Below, piece after piece: positions 55,839 to 56,260 of a stretch of 56,260 bases of DNA. Numbering within the stretch: position 1 is the stretch's first letter; every line of letters begins with the position of its first letter. The position numbers and the translations under genes were made by a program. The notes beneath the pieces are model-generated. The model saw nothing but the letters and a program-made list of their open reading frames with translations, had not been told where the DNA came from and made no database searches. Source of the stretch: a virus. Its lineage: Duplodnaviria > Caudoviricetes. The stretch is from IMG/VR virus record IMGVR_UViG_3300009124_000014, positions 1 through 56,260 of that record. One strand, 5' to 3'.

Positions 55839-56007
55839 TGTTCCTCATTTCCATCAGGTACTCGTAATCTGCTTCATAGGTGTAGTCGCACTCATCATTG
55901 GTGCAGTGTCCCTCATACTTGTCTCCTTCAAGTCCACCGTCGCACTGGGGGCAACGTGGGACCTCCTCATCGGGATTGGTTGTCTTCCAGTTGTCGTAGG
56001 CGCTCAC
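55828..56007 (-). CDS. Small acidic zinc-ribbon protein (59 aa), not in the ORF track
   Basis: GTGA overlap; SAYDNWKTTNPDEEVPRCPQC...CTNDEC. Confidence 0.65.
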   Translation of the reverse strand: MSAYDNWKTTNPDEEVPRCPQCDGGLEGDKYEGHCTNDECDYTYEADYEYLMEMRNNDH

Positions 56008-56186
56008 TCCAAGCCCTCCACGGTCAATCGCTCCATCACCTCGATGTGCGCTTCTTCTTTGGTCTTCTTTCCCATGAAGATCGAGAAGGCGTGTGCCGCC
56101 ATCAGTTCATCGTAGCGAGTTACAGGGTGCATCTCGGCGTACCTGCGCTCGCCCTCTTTGACTGCTTCCCATTGTGGTGTTGCCAT
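56004..56186 (-). CDS. Hypothetical protein
   Basis: GAGGAGGAGG RBS before MATPQWEAVKEG. Confidence 0.7.
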   Translation of the reverse strand: MATPQWEAVKEGERRYAEMHPVTRYDELMAAHAFSIFMGKKTKEEAHIEVMERLTVEGLE

Positions 56187-56260
56187 GTCAGTTGTCCTCC
56201 TCCTCAAACATGATGACGTTGCGGTCAGTGGCATGAATCTCGCACACCGGCGAGATTTCG

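Noticed and set aside
55641-56213. Plus-strand 190-aa ORF and neighbouring plus-strand ORFs
   Set aside because: Antisense to packed minus-strand genes that have strong RBSs.
1-56260. Alternative genetic code or stop-codon reassignment
   Set aside because: Standard code gives full-length, tightly coupled genes ending in TAA, TAG and TGA.

Overview
This 56 kb window is a dense, almost entirely coding segment of a tailed dsDNA phage genome with a contractile tail (myovirus morphotype). The host is very probably an actinobacterium, judged from two WhiB genes, an r1t-type holin, HrdB/sigma70-like promoters, apparent leaderless genes and no recognisable spanins. Order on the + strand: fibre genes (S74 chaperone fibres and His-rich collar/needle fibres); neck, sheath, tube and chaperones; a tape measure protein with two muralytic domains; baseplate genes interrupted by an accessory/lysis island; a replication and recombination module (DnaC-like loader, DnaB, primase, SNF2 helicase, SSB, family A polymerase, RecA, Cas4-like nuclease, two resolvases); spoVS followed by a run of small low-complexity genes; degenerate HAD-like and TGT-like genes; two whiB genes, a glycosyltransferase and a metallophosphoesterase. 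The strand switches at about 54.7 kb to small minus-strand genes. No capsid, terminase, integrase, tRNA, CRISPR array or reverse transcriptase was seen. The best leads are: a promoter-driven structured RNA with an exposed anti-Shine-Dalgarno segment (30.7 kb); a separately promoted protein with SLOG-like and Tad1/Acb2-like parts (29.8 kb); a probable +1/-2 tail-chaperone frameshift; a spike-fibre fusion; mirror-image metal-binding needles; and apparent avoidance of AGCT and CCWGG. All family assignments come from motif recognition by eye, not from database searches.
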